A stretch of 63,368 nucleotides of DNA, filler included, from Actinomycetota bacterium (GCA_009886115.1; 6 parts of 6 records of this genome joined end to end with filler, not necessarily neighbours in it), one strand, 5' to 3'. Counted from the whole stretch's first letter, positions 48,341 to 58,611 are shown. The notes: generated by a model not told the origin, from the letters alone. Translations and numbers: made by a program.

Positions 48341-50797
48341 TCAGGCCTCGCGTGGGCCCTCCAACACGCCCGCCGAGAACAGGGCATCGATCTCGTCGTT
48401 CGACAGGCCCAGCAGCTCCGAGCAGATCACCCGGGTGTGCTCGCCGACCCGGGGGGCCTGGGCGATGAACGGCTCGGCCATGAGCGTCGCCTGGAAGGCC
48501 GGGCCGTCGAAGGTGATCGGCCCGAGGTCCTGCTGCATCACCGGCCGGGCGTAGCCCCGCGCGTTGAAGTGCGCATCGTCGAGTTGATTCGTCGCAGTGA
48601 GCATGGGCCCCGACGGCACGCCCTGGGCCTGGAGCGCAGCCGTCACGTCGTCCTTGGTCAGCCCGGAGGTCCAGGCCCGCAGGTGCTCGTCGATCTCGTC
48701 GTGCGCAGCGCGGCGCCCGTCGACGGTCGCCAGCCGGGCATCAGCGCTGGCCCAGGCCGGCTCGCCCATCGCCGCTTGCAGACCCTCCCAGTCGTGGTCA
48801 CCGCGTACGCACATGGCCACCCACTGGTCGTCACCCGCGCAGGGGTACATGCCCCAGGGCGCGCCCCGGTCATTGCGGTTCCCCATGGGCTTGACCGTTC
48901 CCGGCTCCAACGACTCCTTGGCCAGGAGGTCGCCGAGCATGTTCACGACCGTCTCCACCTGGGCCACCTCGACCCGGGCGCCCTCGCCCGTCACGCGCTC
49001 ACGGCCGAGCAGCGCCGCCAGGGCACCCACCGCGCACAGGCGGCCGGCGAGATGGTCGGGGTAGATCGCCTGCGACCCGGCGGGCTCGTCGGTGTCGGGA
49101 TAGTTCCACAGGTGCACGAGGCTGCCGACGGGCTGCGTGGAGGGCCCGTAGCCGATCCAGTCGGCCCACGCGCCGTGGGTGCCCATGAGCTGGCTGTCGA
49201 CCATCACGCAGCGCGGGTTGATGGTATGGACGGTCTTCCAGCCGATGCCGAGATCGTCCATCGTGCCGGTGGAGCTGTTCTCGATGATCACGTCGGTCTG
49301 CTCGATGAGCCGGTGCAGCAACCGTTGGCCGTCAGGCGTCTTGGCGTTGATCCCCAAGCCCCGCTTCGATCGCGACGACGACGCGAACGACGGCGACATC
49401 TCGGAACCGCTGACGATGCGGATGAAGTCGGGGTAGGTGCGCGACTCGACCTTGATCACGTCCGCGCCGTACTCGGCGAGGAGCCGGCTGCCTTCGACGC
49501 CGACGCCGCCGATACCGAAGTCGAGCACCCGGAGCCCGGCGAGCGGCAGCGCCGGCTCGGGCGGGTTCCCGGGGGCGGCCGGCGATGACGGGGCCGGACG
49601 GGCGACGGCCGTTCCGGCGGCCAGCTCGGCTTCGACCTCGGCGGTGTGTTGACCGAGCGTCGGCGCCGGCGTGCGGGGCCCCTGGCGCACGTCGTCGATC
49701 TCGAAGAAGCCCGAGGCGACACGGGCCGTCCGGGCTGATCGGCCGTCGGCGGTGGGCACGAGCGGGAAGTCGATGAACGTGTCGCGCGAGACGAGGTGCT
49801 CGTTGCGGAGCGTCTCGGCCGGGCGCAGCACCGGGGTGCACACGATGCCGCGACGGTGGGCCTCGACCGAGACCTCCTCCATCGACATCTTCGAGAAGTG
49901 CTCGACGTACAGCGGCGTGAGCACGTCGGTGTTGGCCAGACGGGTCGGGAACAGGTCCCACGAGTCGTCCTGGAGCCATTCAGGCTCACCCAGCCAGGCC
50001 CGCATGGCCCGCCACTGCCGCGGGCTCAGGATGATCATGCGGACGAAGCCGCCCATGGTCTTGTAGATCGTGTACACCATGCCGTTTCCGGCACGCTTCT
50101 CGTTGTAGGTGAGGCCTGCCGCCCGCATCACCGATGCGTTGGGGTACGACCAGTCGGTGATCTGCGCGGTGGCCTCGAGCACCGAGAGGTCGATGTGCTG
50201 GCCCCACCCCGCGTGCGCGGCGGAGCCCGCGCCCGACCCCTGCCAGAGCGCGCACAACGTCGCGAAGGCCGCGTGCACGCCGGCAACGTCGTAGGCCATG
50301 GCGCCGGGCGGGACGAGCGGCTCCCGGTCGGGCCGTCCGGCCTTGAAGACCGTCCCCCCCATGGCGTTCATGACCGCGTCGACAGCCACCATGTCGCGGT
50401 ACGGGCCGGTATGGCCGAAGTCGGAGATCGACGTCATCACCAGATGGGGATGACGAGCGGTGATCGACGCGGGCTTGAGATCGAGCGCGCCGAGCTCCCA
50501 CGGCGCATGCGACTCGATGAGCACGTCGGCCGTCGCCAGCAGGCGATGCAGGCCAGCGCGGCCGTCGTCGGTCGTGAGATCGAGCACCACGCCGCGCTTG
50601 TTGGCGTTGCGGTAGCCGAAGTACAGGCTCTGCCCCGCCACCATCGGGGGCAGCGTGCGCGAGACCGCACCGGCCGGTGGCTCGACCCGGATGACGTCGG
50701 CGCCCATGTCAGCCAGGAGTCGGCCGCACAGCTCGCCCTTCTCGTCGGCCAGGTCGACGACACGCAGCCCCGCCAGCGGTGCCGGACGTTCGATCAT
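48341..50797 (-). CDS. Tandem two-domain class III CoA-transferase
   Basis: LADMGADVIRVEPP..NANKRG and LAEYGADVIKVES..YPDHLAG. Confidence 0.92.
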   Translation of the reverse strand: MIERPAPLAGLRVVDLADEKGELCGRLLADMGADVIRVEPPAGAVSRTLPPMVAGQSLYFGYRNANKRGVVLDLTTDDGRAGLHRLLATADVLIESHAPWELGALDLKPASITARHPHLVMTSISDFGHTGPYRDMVAVDAVMNAMGGTVFKAGRPDREPLVPPGAMAYDVAGVHAAFATLCALWQGSGAGSAAHAGWGQHIDLSVLEATAQITDWSYPNASVMRAAGLTYNEKRAGNGMVYTIYKTMGGFVRMIILSPRQWRAMRAWLGEPEWLQDDSWDLFPTRLANTDVLTPLYVEHFSKMSMEEVSVEAHRRGIVCTPVLRPAETLRNEHLVSRDTFIDFPLVPTADGRSARTARVASGFFEIDDVRQGPRTPAPTLGQHTAEVEAELAAGTAVARPAPSSPAAPGNPPEPALPLAGLRVLDFGIGGVGVEGSRLLAEYGADVIKVESRTYPDFIRIVSGSEMSPSFASSSRSKRGLGINAKTPDGQRLLHRLIEQTDVIIENSSTGTMDDLGIGWKTVHTINPRCVMVDSQLMGTHGAWADWIGYGPSTQPVGSLVHLWNYPDTDEPAGSQAIYPDHLAGRLCAVGALAALLGRERVTGEGARVEVAQVETVVNMLGDLLAKESLEPGTVKPMGNRNDRGAPWGMYPCAGDDQWVAMCVRGDHDWEGLQAAMGEPAWASADARLATVDGRRAAHDEIDEHLRAWTSGLTKDDVTAALQAQGVPSGPMLTATNQLDDAHFNARGYARPVMQQDLGPITFDGPAFQATLMAEPFIAQAPRVGEHTRVICSELLGLSNDEIDALFSAGVLEGPREA

Positions 50798-50850
50798 GCG
50801 AGAGCTCCTTGTGATCCGTTGGTGGTGCTGGACACCGTGACCGTGCGACC

Positions 50851-51912
50851 TCAGAGCCCGAGCCGGGCCAGCGATTCGTCAGACAGGGCCAGCAGGGTGT
50901 CGACCCTCTCGGCGATGGTTTCCGGACCACCCGTGGAGGTCGCCCCCGTGCGGGCTCCGGCGAGGCGCCGGGCGTAGGCCCCTTCGACGATGCAGCTCTG
51001 CTTCCAGTACGAGAACGCCACGTACCAGTCGCGTTGCGACAGGTCGAATCCCGACCGGGCTGCGTACAGCGCCGCGTAGTCGTCGCGGCGCATGAACTGG
51101 GGACCGACGGTCGGCGGATCGGACAGAAATGAGAACGTGTCGCCCGGGTCGGCCCAGTACATGAGGCTCCAGCAGAAGTCGGCGACGGGATCGCCGCGTG
51201 TACACAGCTCCCAGTCGAGCACCGCGGCGATCCGGTGATCGGGCCCGAGGACGGTGTTGTCGAAGCGGTAGTCGCCGTGCGCCAACCCGCCCGGACGTTG
51301 CTCGGCCGGGACCGACGCGCTCATGCGCCGGTGCAGGTCCTCGAGGAGCGGGAGCTCACGCACCTTGCCGGCCTCGTACTGCCTGCGCCACCGGGCGAGC
51401 TGGCGGTCGACGTAACCGGTCGGACGGCCGAGATCGCCGAGCCCGCACGAATCGGGATCGAGCAGGTGAAAAGCAACCTGCACGTCGACGAGCGACTCGG
51501 TGGCGGTCCGGGCTCCGGCGGCGGAGAGCCCGACGGTACTCGCCGGGTCACGGAGAATGAGCCCGTCGACGAAACCCATGACGTAGAAGGGCGCCCCGGT
51601 CACGCCGGCATCCGCGCAGAACGCCACGGCTTCGGGGACGGGCACACCCGTACCTCGACCGAGGCCCTCGATGATCTTCCACTCCCGGCCCATGTCGTGC
51701 GCCGAGGCGAGGACGTGCGCGGTCGGCGGTCGGCGCAGCGCCCACTGGTGCCCGCCCGAGTCGGTGACCCGGTAGGTGAGGTTCGACCCGCCCGCGGCGA
51801 TCAGGCTGAACGCCAGCGGCGCGACCAGACCGTCGATCCGCTCGGCCATCCAGGCCGCGACCGCAACGGGGTCGATGCCCGGGAGGTCGTCGGCCGGCTG
51901 CGGCTCGGTCAT
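50851..51912 (-). CDS. APH/ACAD10-type phosphotransferase
   Basis: GGSNLTY, LRRPP, AHDMGRE, HGDYRFDN, VLDWEL. Confidence 0.92.
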   Translation of the reverse strand: MTEPQPADDLPGIDPVAVAAWMAERIDGLVAPLAFSLIAAGGSNLTYRVTDSGGHQWALRRPPTAHVLASAHDMGREWKIIEGLGRGTGVPVPEAVAFCADAGVTGAPFYVMGFVDGLILRDPASTVGLSAAGARTATESLVDVQVAFHLLDPDSCGLGDLGRPTGYVDRQLARWRRQYEAGKVRELPLLEDLHRRMSASVPAEQRPGGLAHGDYRFDNTVLGPDHRIAAVLDWELCTRGDPVADFCWSLMYWADPGDTFSFLSDPPTVGPQFMRRDDYAALYAARSGFDLSQRDWYVAFSYWKQSCIVEGAYARRLAGARTGATSTGGPETIAERVDTLLALSDESLARLGL

Positions 51913-52823
51913 GGCTGGAGCAGCTCGGGGTGGCGGGCGGCGACCATGCGCCGCATGCCGTCACGCCAGCCCACGGTCGTCGTGCCGACGAGCGCGTGCA
52001 TGCGGGTGAGGTCCATCGCCACCGACTCGAGCGTCTCGTCGGTGGCCACCGTCGAACCTTCGACGCCGGTGATCTCGCACAGGTAGGCGCACCACTCCTC
52101 GATCGAGACGGTGTCGTTGCCGGCCCAGTTGACGACGGTCACCGGCACCGACGCGATCTCCAACAGCTTGGGGATGGTGGCGATGATGTCGTCCTCGTGG
52201 ATCGGGTTGTAAACCGACGGCCCGTTGGTGTGCACCGGGACGGCCATCTTCCCCAGCATCATGTCGAGGTGGATGGCCGGCCATCCACCGTTGTCGCCGT
52301 AGGGGACGTTGAGTCGGGCGATGGTCGTCGGGAGCTGGAAGCGCCGGGCGGCGTAGCGGGCCATGGCCTCGGCGGCGATCTTGGAGATCGAGTACGTCGC
52401 CATGAACGAGTAGATGCGGTGGTTGTCGCCCAGCGGGTCGGTCTCTGCGAAGGGGTGGTGACCGTTGGCCTGGTAGACGGCCGTCGACGAGCAGTGCAGG
52501 AACGCCCGTGACTCGCGGCAGTGCTCCATGAGGAACCCGAGGCCTCCGGCGTTGCCGTCGAGGTCGGCGTCCCAGCTGTTGGCCTTCATCACGGCGAAGT
52601 CGAGGACGTAGTCGAAGTCGTTGGGCAACGCTCCGAAGTCGCCCTCCACGAAGTCGACGACCGCGCACTTCACGCCGACGGCTTCGAGCCCGTCACGGGC
52701 CGTGGCGTTGGTGAAGCGGGCGGCGCCCCACACCTCGTTGCCCGCCTCGGCAAACGCTCGGGCAACGGGGAAGGCGACCTGCCCGGTGGGCCCGGTCACC
52801 AGGATCTTGTGTCCAGTCATCAT
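51909..52823 (-). CDS. NAD-dependent epimerase/dehydratase (extended SDR)
   Basis: ILVTGPTGQV, CSSTAVY, YSISK; the ORF-track 5' extension belongs to a pseudogene. Confidence 0.9.
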   Translation of the reverse strand: MMTGHKILVTGPTGQVAFPVARAFAEAGNEVWGAARFTNATARDGLEAVGVKCAVVDFVEGDFGALPNDFDYVLDFAVMKANSWDADLDGNAGGLGFLMEHCRESRAFLHCSSTAVYQANGHHPFAETDPLGDNHRIYSFMATYSISKIAAEAMARYAARRFQLPTTIARLNVPYGDNGGWPAIHLDMMLGKMAVPVHTNGPSVYNPIHEDDIIATIPKLLEIASVPVTVVNWAGNDTVSIEEWCAYLCEITGVEGSTVATDETLESVAMDLTRMHALVGTTTVGWRDGMRRMVAARHPELLQP

Positions 52824-52939
52824 GTCGGTAGCCTTCCCGCTCGGTCGCCGCCGCGCCAAGTCGCTCTGTCGTGGGCCGTTGATGGCCCGAGTCGACCTCG
52901 ACCGGGCCGAGCTCGACCAGGGAGCATCCATGATCCTCG

Positions 52940-53200
52940 ACCGCTTGCGAGTGCTCGTTCGAGGCCGGCGAACAGGCTGAGAACGTCGGTGGCTTCGAAG
53001 ACGCGGTAGCGCTACCCGACCGATGTTGCGTTGCCGGAGCACGCCCGCTTCGCTGAGGCGGTTCACGGCTTCGCCGGTGCGGACGTCGGAGCGGCCGATC
53101 AGGCGAGCGGCGGTGGCGACGGTGACCACGGGTGTGCCGGGGAGCCGATCCAGGAGGAGGTCGACGCCCGACCCCGATCGCACTCGACGAGCTCGGGTGG
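52940..53200 (-). pseudogene. C-terminal HTH remnant of a Fic-family gene
   Basis: LPGTPVVTVATAARLIGRS..AVNRLSEAGVLRQ, then frameshifted RYRVFEATDVLSLFAGLERALAS. Confidence 0.7.
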
Positions 53201-53292
53201 CGAGGGCACGAAGCTGGCCGAGCACGGGTTGTAGCCGCATGCTCGTGGTTCCGTGGTTTCTCAGGAGCCAACAGAACGACGTTCGGGCATGA

Positions 53293-53994
53293 TCAGGTGA
53301 GTGTGCGCCGTTTCGATCCAGGCGAGTTGAGGGGGTACGCCCGGGCGAACAGGTCCATGAGCTTGGGGAACAAGGGAGTGAAGCGGCCCTGGCCCCAGTC
53401 GACGTCGGGTTCGTTGGCCATGGCCTGGCTGAGCACGCCGATGATCAACGTCGACAGCAGGTACACGGCCTCATCGGAATCGGCCTCGGGTCCGAGCTCG
53501 CCGGCCGCGACGGCGTCGGCCAGAGCAGCACGTTCCAGAGCCACCATCTCGGCGCTCACAGCGAAGGCCTCGGGGGTGGGCTCGAAGCTGGGGACGGGAC
53601 GCCAGAACATCAGCTGCGCCAAGGCCCGGTGCCCGAGCGCCCAGCGGCCGCTGGCCTCGAGGCCCGCGGTCAGGGCGCCGAGGCCGGGCTCCGCGCTCGC
53701 CATGGCTTCACGCATCACGGCCAGGTGCTCGACCTGACCGCGGAGGAAGAGCGCGTCGAAGATCGCCATCAACGAGTCGAAGTACTTGTAGATCGAAGGC
53801 GGTTGCACGCCGAGGCGGCGGGCCACCTCGGCCAGGCTGAGGCCGTTGACCCCCTCCTCGGCCATCACCTCCTCGGCGATGTCGAGGATCTCCTCGATCG
53901 TCTCCTGCCGCCGTCGAGCGCGCCGGTCGGACGGTCGCGGCACCTCGGTCGACGCGGGGGCTGGGATCGTCGAGCTCGCTGCATCTCGCGCCAT
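53293..53994 (-). CDS. TetR/AcrR family regulator
   Basis: ILDIAEEVMAEEGVNGLSLAEVARRLGVQPPSIYKYF. Confidence 0.92.
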   Translation of the reverse strand: MARDAASSTIPAPASTEVPRPSDRRARRRQETIEEILDIAEEVMAEEGVNGLSLAEVARRLGVQPPSIYKYFDSLMAIFDALFLRGQVEHLAVMREAMASAEPGLGALTAGLEASGRWALGHRALAQLMFWRPVPSFEPTPEAFAVSAEMVALERAALADAVAAGELGPEADSDEAVYLLSTLIIGVLSQAMANEPDVDWGQGRFTPLFPKLMDLFARAYPLNSPGSKRRTLT

Positions 53995-54001
53995 GCGCGC
54001 A

Positions 54002-54048
54002 TCATAGCACTATTTCTGCTTGACAGGTTTAGCTATGAGTATTAGCTT
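54002..54048 (+). promoter_or_regulatory. Sigma-A-type promoter with TetR-operator-like inverted repeats
   Basis: TTGACA(54020)-N17-TAGCTT(54043); AGCTA-N7-TAGCT and TCATAGC..GCTATGA. Confidence 0.7.
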
Positions 54049-54103
54049 ATTCTTCGTACCAGTAGTGCGGCGGAAGCCGCCGCCACGAACGAAGGGGCAC
54101 ACG

Positions 54104-54613
54104 ATGCCGAGCAAGGGAAGGTTCTGGCTGACCCAGGACAGCTACTCGACGGTGATCGCCGCCACGCCGGCACAGGTCTACGAGATGATCGCGGACCTCC
54201 CGCGCATGGGCGAGTGGAGCCCCGAGTGCGTGCGGGTCGAATGGACCAATGGCGCCACCGGACCGGCCGAGGGCGCCACGTTCGTCGGCCACAACCTGGG
54301 CGGCCCCTTCAAGCGCTTCAGGTGGTCACGGCTCGGTCGTGTCCTCAGCGCCGAGCCTGGTCGCGAGTTCAGCTTCGTCACCGAAGAAGGCGGACGCGAG
54401 GGGGTCGTGTGGAGCTACCGCTTCGAGGCCGTCGACGGCGGCACCCGGGTCACGGAGTCGTACGACGTACAGAAGATACCGGTCTGGGCCCGGATCATCG
54501 ACGTGCCCGCCAACCGTCACCGCGAGCTGCGCGAGGGGATGCAGCACACGCTCGAGCATCTGAAGGTGGTCGCGGAAGGCGTGGCATCGGCCCGACCAGC
54601 ATCGCAGCCCTGA
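54104..54613 (+). CDS. SRPBCC (polyketide cyclase/START-like) protein
   Basis: IADLPRMGEWSPEC..WSYRFEAVDGGTRVTES. Confidence 0.9.
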   Translation: MPSKGRFWLTQDSYSTVIAATPAQVYEMIADLPRMGEWSPECVRVEWTNGATGPAEGATFVGHNLGGPFKRFRWSRLGRVLSAEPGREFSFVTEEGGREGVVWSYRFEAVDGGTRVTESYDVQKIPVWARIIDVPANRHRELREGMQHTLEHLKVVAEGVASARPASQP

Positions 54614-54682
54614 CCGTCACCTCCGCCAAGAGCGCCAACGCAGACCCGATGTACCTGAACGACCCGTGAACGGAGACGACCC

Positions 54683-55486
54683 ATGCACGCCACCTATCAG
54701 GCCGCAGCCGACATCGACGTGATCACCTCGACCGCCTCGATCCCCGGGCTCGGGATGGTGCCGATCAACGCCTTCGTGCTCCACGGGCCCCAGCCCGTCC
54801 TCGTCGACACCGGAGCCGTGATCGACCGCGACGAGTTCATGACCGCGCTGCGATCGGTGATCGACCCGGCCGCGCTGTGCTGGATCTGGCTCAGCCACAC
54901 CGACTTCGACCACATCGGCGCCCTGCACGAGCTGCTGGCCGTCAACACCGAGCTCCGGGTCATCACCACCTTCCTCAGCGTCGGCATCATGGGGCTGTCG
55001 GACCCGTTGCCGATGGAACGGGTCCACCTCCTCAACCCCGGCCAGGTGATCAAACTCGGCAACCGGACGCTCGTCGCCCTCAAGCCGCCCGTGTTCGACA
55101 ACGCGGCCACCATGGGTTTCGTCGACGACACCACGGGCGTGCTGTTCAGCTCCGACTGCTTCGGGGCGCTCCTGTCGGCCGTCCCCGAGAGTGCGTCCGA
55201 GATCCCCGACGACGAGCTTCGCCAGGGCCAGGTGCGCTGGGCGACGATCGACTCGCCGTGGGTGCACAAGGTCGACGAGGCCAGCTTCGCCAAAGACCTC
55301 CGGGCCATCAGCGACCTGGAGCCGACCATGATCCTGAGCAGCCACCTGCCCGCCGCCCCGGGCGACATGACCTCACGGATGCTCGCCGCACTCGAAGCGA
55401 CCTCGACCGCCGAACCGTTTGTCGGGCCCGATCAGGCTGCGCTCGAGCAGATGCTCGCCCAGATGACATCGGCCACTCCCCGGTAG
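54683..55486 (+). CDS. Metallo-beta-lactamase-fold protein (stand-alone FprA/ODP-like domain)
   Basis: LVDTG, SHTDFDHIG, LFSSDCFG, SSH. Confidence 0.88.
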   Translation: MHATYQAAADIDVITSTASIPGLGMVPINAFVLHGPQPVLVDTGAVIDRDEFMTALRSVIDPAALCWIWLSHTDFDHIGALHELLAVNTELRVITTFLSVGIMGLSDPLPMERVHLLNPGQVIKLGNRTLVALKPPVFDNAATMGFVDDTTGVLFSSDCFGALLSAVPESASEIPDDELRQGQVRWATIDSPWVHKVDEASFAKDLRAISDLEPTMILSSHLPAAPGDMTSRMLAALEATSTAEPFVGPDQAALEQMLAQMTSATPR

Positions 55487-55547
55487 CTCGGACCCCCCGC
55501 TCTCGGACCCCCGCTCTCGGACCGCCGCTCGACCTCGGGCCCGCTAC

Positions 55548-55647
55548 NNNNNNNNNNNNNNNNNNNNNNNNNNNNNNNNNNNNNNNNNNNNTTAATTAAT
55601 TAANNNNNNNNNNNNNNNNNNNNNNNNNNNNNNNNNNNNNNNNNNNN
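55548..55647. other. Artificial contig linker
   Basis: N run with TTAATTAATTAA. Confidence 0.98.
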
Positions 55648-56655
55648 CGGCCGATCGTGGGGATGGCGGCGACGCCGAGCGGGGCGGGGTATTGGTTGGT
55701 GGCGTCCGATGGCGGGATCTTCGCCTTCGGGGATGCGGTGTTCCAGGGTTCGACGGGCGCCATGACGTTGGTGGCGCCGATCTTGGGGATGGCGGCGACG
55801 CCGAGCGGGGCGGGGTATTGGTTGGTGGCGGCCGACGGCGGGGTCTTCGCGTTCGGGGATGCGGTCTTTGCCGGCTCGGCCGTGGGCACTGCGGCTCGGG
55901 CTCGCTCGATCACGGTCAACCCCGACGGCGGCGGCTACGTGATCACCGCCTCCGACGGGAGCACGTCGTGGTTCTCCGTCGGCGCCCGCACCTGCGCTCG
56001 ATGGGCGACACGCTGCGGGGGCCTCACCGGCCCGGTGATCCCGTCGGCTCCGCCCGCCGCCGTCCCGTCGAGTGGCCCGCCCGCCGCTGTCCCGGCGAGT
56101 GGCACAACCCCCGTCCCGGCCCCGGCCCCCGTCCCGCCAAGTGGCCCGGCGAGTGGCCGAGCCCCGATCCCTGCTCCGCTGATCACGAGCGCGGCGTCGG
56201 CGATCTCGGCCGACATTGCATCTCGCCACGGCATCGAACGCTCGGCTCGCGGCGTGGGGCAGTTCGCCGTCGACCCCGGCCTCAGCGACACGGCACGCGC
56301 CTGGAGTCAGGTCATGGCCGAGACCGGCTTCGCGCACAGCGGGTTCGCGACCATCGCCGGCTCTCCGGCGGAGAGCTTCGCAGGCTTGGCCGAGAACATC
56401 TTCTGGGCGTCAGGGAGCCGGGCGTCCTCGGGCGCAGCGCACGTCGCCTGGATGGGTTCGGCGACGCATCGTCAGAACGTCCTCAACCCGGGGTGGGACA
56501 CCATCGGGGTGGGCACCCATTGCCGAGCCGACGGCACGATGTTCGTGACGGTGCTGTTCGGCCGGAGCGCGAGCTCCACGGCGCCGGCCCTGTCGGAAAC
56601 GGTACCCGTCGAGGCCCCGTTGGCCGCTCCCGACACTGGCGGACCCACCTGCTGA
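55648..56655 (+). CDS. Surface protein with GYWLVxxDGGxFxFGDA repeats and C-terminal CAP/SCP domain, 5' truncated
   Basis: Two to three 41-aa repeats; AHS..AENI..WMGSATHRQNVL..IGVG. Confidence 0.85.
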   Translation, partial: RPIVGMAATPSGAGYWLVASDGGIFAFGDAVFQGSTGAMTLVAPILGMAATPSGAGYWLVAADGGVFAFGDAVFAGSAVGTAARARSITVNPDGGGYVITASDGSTSWFSVGARTCARWATRCGGLTGPVIPSAPPAAVPSSGPPAAVPASGTTPVPAPAPVPPSGPASGRAPIPAPLITSAASAISADIASRHGIERSARGVGQFAVDPGLSDTARAWSQVMAETGFAHSGFATIAGSPAESFAGLAENIFWASGSRASSGAAHVAWMGSATHRQNVLNPGWDTIGVGTHCRADGTMFVTVLFGRSASSTAPALSETVPVEAPLAAPDTGGPTC

Positions 56656-56734
56656 GCGGTTCAGGGCATTGTGCGCCTGAGGCTGCTCGGGCGACAACGA
56701 GCCGATTCCAGACTCGAGCCGTTGGGTCGGTCGT

Positions 56735-57101
56735 TCACGATTCCAGGATCCGGCGCTTCTGCACCGTGAACTCCTCGTCGGTGAGGATGCCCTGCTCGCG
56801 CCGCCGTCCCAGTCGTTCCAGGAGCTCGATTCGTCCGTCGATGGGCTCACCGGTTGGCACCGGGCCCGATGGTGCACCCCAGCCTGCACGGGTCGATGTC
56901 GACCGGGAGCGCCTGACCGGGATACGGCCATTTCTTGGAGCGAACCAGCGAGTGGAGCTCGACCGCTGTCGGCGGCACGCCCTCTGCTTGAACCACGAGG
57001 GACATCCGGCAGTTCTGCCAGGTGCCCTCGCCGGAGTAGGACGACCAGCCGACCACCTGCGCCGTACCTCGGACTCGGTTCGTCTTCTTGAAGAGGCCCA
57101 T
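56735..57101 (-). pseudogene. Frameshifted SHOCT-domain protein
   Basis: N-terminal OB-like part in one frame, LERLGRRREQGILTDEEFTVQKRRIL in another. Confidence 0.7.
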
Positions 57102-57158
57102 GGGAATCAATGGCAACCACGACTCGCCGGGCGGAGTTCCCGACCAGACGCCCGAGCT

Positions 57159-57542
57159 TCAGGGACGGGTGACCGGGGCGCAGTCGGAGCCCGATGCCGG
57201 CGCCGCGGCCGGCCGGTGCAGGACGGCCCGGGTCGGGGTCACCGTCACGAAGCCGCCGGCGCTCTCGTCGCGTCCGGCCGCCTCGACCTCGGCTGAGGCG
57301 TCGACGATGAGGCTGTGGCCACCGGGCTCGACCGGCGCCCACAGGAGGCACACGAGCCGACGCTCGCTGGAGTTGACGGCGCTGCGCCGGCCCACCGAGG
57401 CCCGCAGGCGCCCGTCGACCCACTCGACGGTCACCGCAACGGCGTGGGGCCGTCCGTCGTCGCTGGTGGTGATCAGGTAGGGCTGCGGCCCGAACTCAGT
57501 GACCCGTTCCGCCAGGGCCTCGATGTCGACAGCGATGCTCAT
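57159..57542 (-). CDS. Pyridoxamine 5'-phosphate oxidase-like split-barrel protein
   Basis: YLITTSDDGRPHAVAV..SLIVDASA..PTRAVLHRP. Confidence 0.8.
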   Translation of the reverse strand: MSIAVDIEALAERVTEFGPQPYLITTSDDGRPHAVAVTVEWVDGRLRASVGRRSAVNSSERRLVCLLWAPVEPGGHSLIVDASAEVEAAGRDESAGGFVTVTPTRAVLHRPAAAPASGSDCAPVTRP

Positions 57543-57630
57543 GGATTGACTCCCGGCGCTTCGGCGCTCGCCCGTCGCGAGCACCCATCCGCAATCGTAG
57601 ATGAGCCGGCCGAACCCGTAATCTGAGCGC

Positions 57631-58125
57631 ATGGCTGAGAACTTCGAGATCACCGACGAGATGCGGGCCGTGATCGGGGTCATGAGCGAACCCAGCCCGG
57701 TCGAGCTCACCACCACGAGCATCCGGGCCTTCGCTCGCGGCGTCGGCTACACCGACCCGGTCTACTTCGATGTCGGGGCTGCCCGGGCCGCGGGGTACGC
57801 GAACCTTCCGGCGCCGCCCACCTACCTGGGGACCGCCCCGTGGGTCCCGGGCAAGAACGACCCGATGTTCGGCATGCGCCTCGACTCCAAGGAGCCCACG
57901 CTCCAGCACGGCCTGGCCGGCCTGCTCGACGGGGGCGCCGAGACGTTCTACGACCGGGTTCCCGTCGCCGGCGAGACCCTCACCGTCAGCGGTGGCGTCG
58001 TGGGCCTCGAGACCAAGCGGACGGGCTCGCTCGGCGTGATGCTCGTGGTCACGAGCGAAGCGGTGTATCGAGACGAGGCCGGCGAGATCGTGGCCCGTAC
58101 CCGTTCCAACGTCCTGTTCTACTGA
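57631..58125 (+). CDS. MaoC-N (HadA/HadC-like) dehydratase subunit
   Basis: IRAFARGVGYTDPVYFD..APPTY. Confidence 0.85.
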   Translation: MAENFEITDEMRAVIGVMSEPSPVELTTTSIRAFARGVGYTDPVYFDVGAARAAGYANLPAPPTYLGTAPWVPGKNDPMFGMRLDSKEPTLQHGLAGLLDGGAETFYDRVPVAGETLTVSGGVVGLETKRTGSLGVMLVVTSEAVYRDEAGEIVARTRSNVLFY

Positions 58126-58136
58126 GGGGTCGAGCC

Positions 58137-58553
58137 ATGCCGAAATTTGCCGATGTCCAACCTGGCGATGCCCTCCCCGAGCTCACGAAGAGCCCGGGGC
58201 GCCTCCAGCTCGTGCAGTATGCCGCCGGCTCCGGCGACTTCAACCCCTTGCACTTCGACCCCGACTTCCCGCAGGCCCAGGCGCTGGGCGGCAACATCGT
58301 CCACGGACGCATGAAGTACGCGTCGCTCGGTGAGCTGGTGTCGAACTGGGTCGCGCACACCGGGAGCATCGTTGCGCTGTCGTGCTCGTACCGTGGCATG
58401 GACATGATGGGCGCCACGTTCACCTGCAAGGGCCTCGTGAGCGCCAAGCGCGAGGAGAGCGGGCGCAAGCTCGTCGACCTCGAGATCTGGACCGAGAACG
58501 CCGCCGGGCAGAAGACCACCCCGGGTACCGCCGTCGTCGAGCTCCGGGCCTGA
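58137..58553 (+). CDS. MaoC (HadB-like) dehydratase
   Basis: YAAGSGDFNPLHFD..IVHG. Confidence 0.9.
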   Translation: MPKFADVQPGDALPELTKSPGRLQLVQYAAGSGDFNPLHFDPDFPQAQALGGNIVHGRMKYASLGELVSNWVAHTGSIVALSCSYRGMDMMGATFTCKGLVSAKREESGRKLVDLEIWTENAAGQKTTPGTAVVELRA

Positions 58554-58611
58554 GCTTCCCCGCGGTTGGGCGACTGGCCCGCCCCTCGGAGTCTCGGAGT
58601 CTCGGAGTCTC

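Noticed and set aside
51909..53240. Apparent HTH-epimerase fusion (443 aa)
   Set aside because: Chance in-frame join of a Fic-gene remnant with the epimerase, whose own start is at 52823
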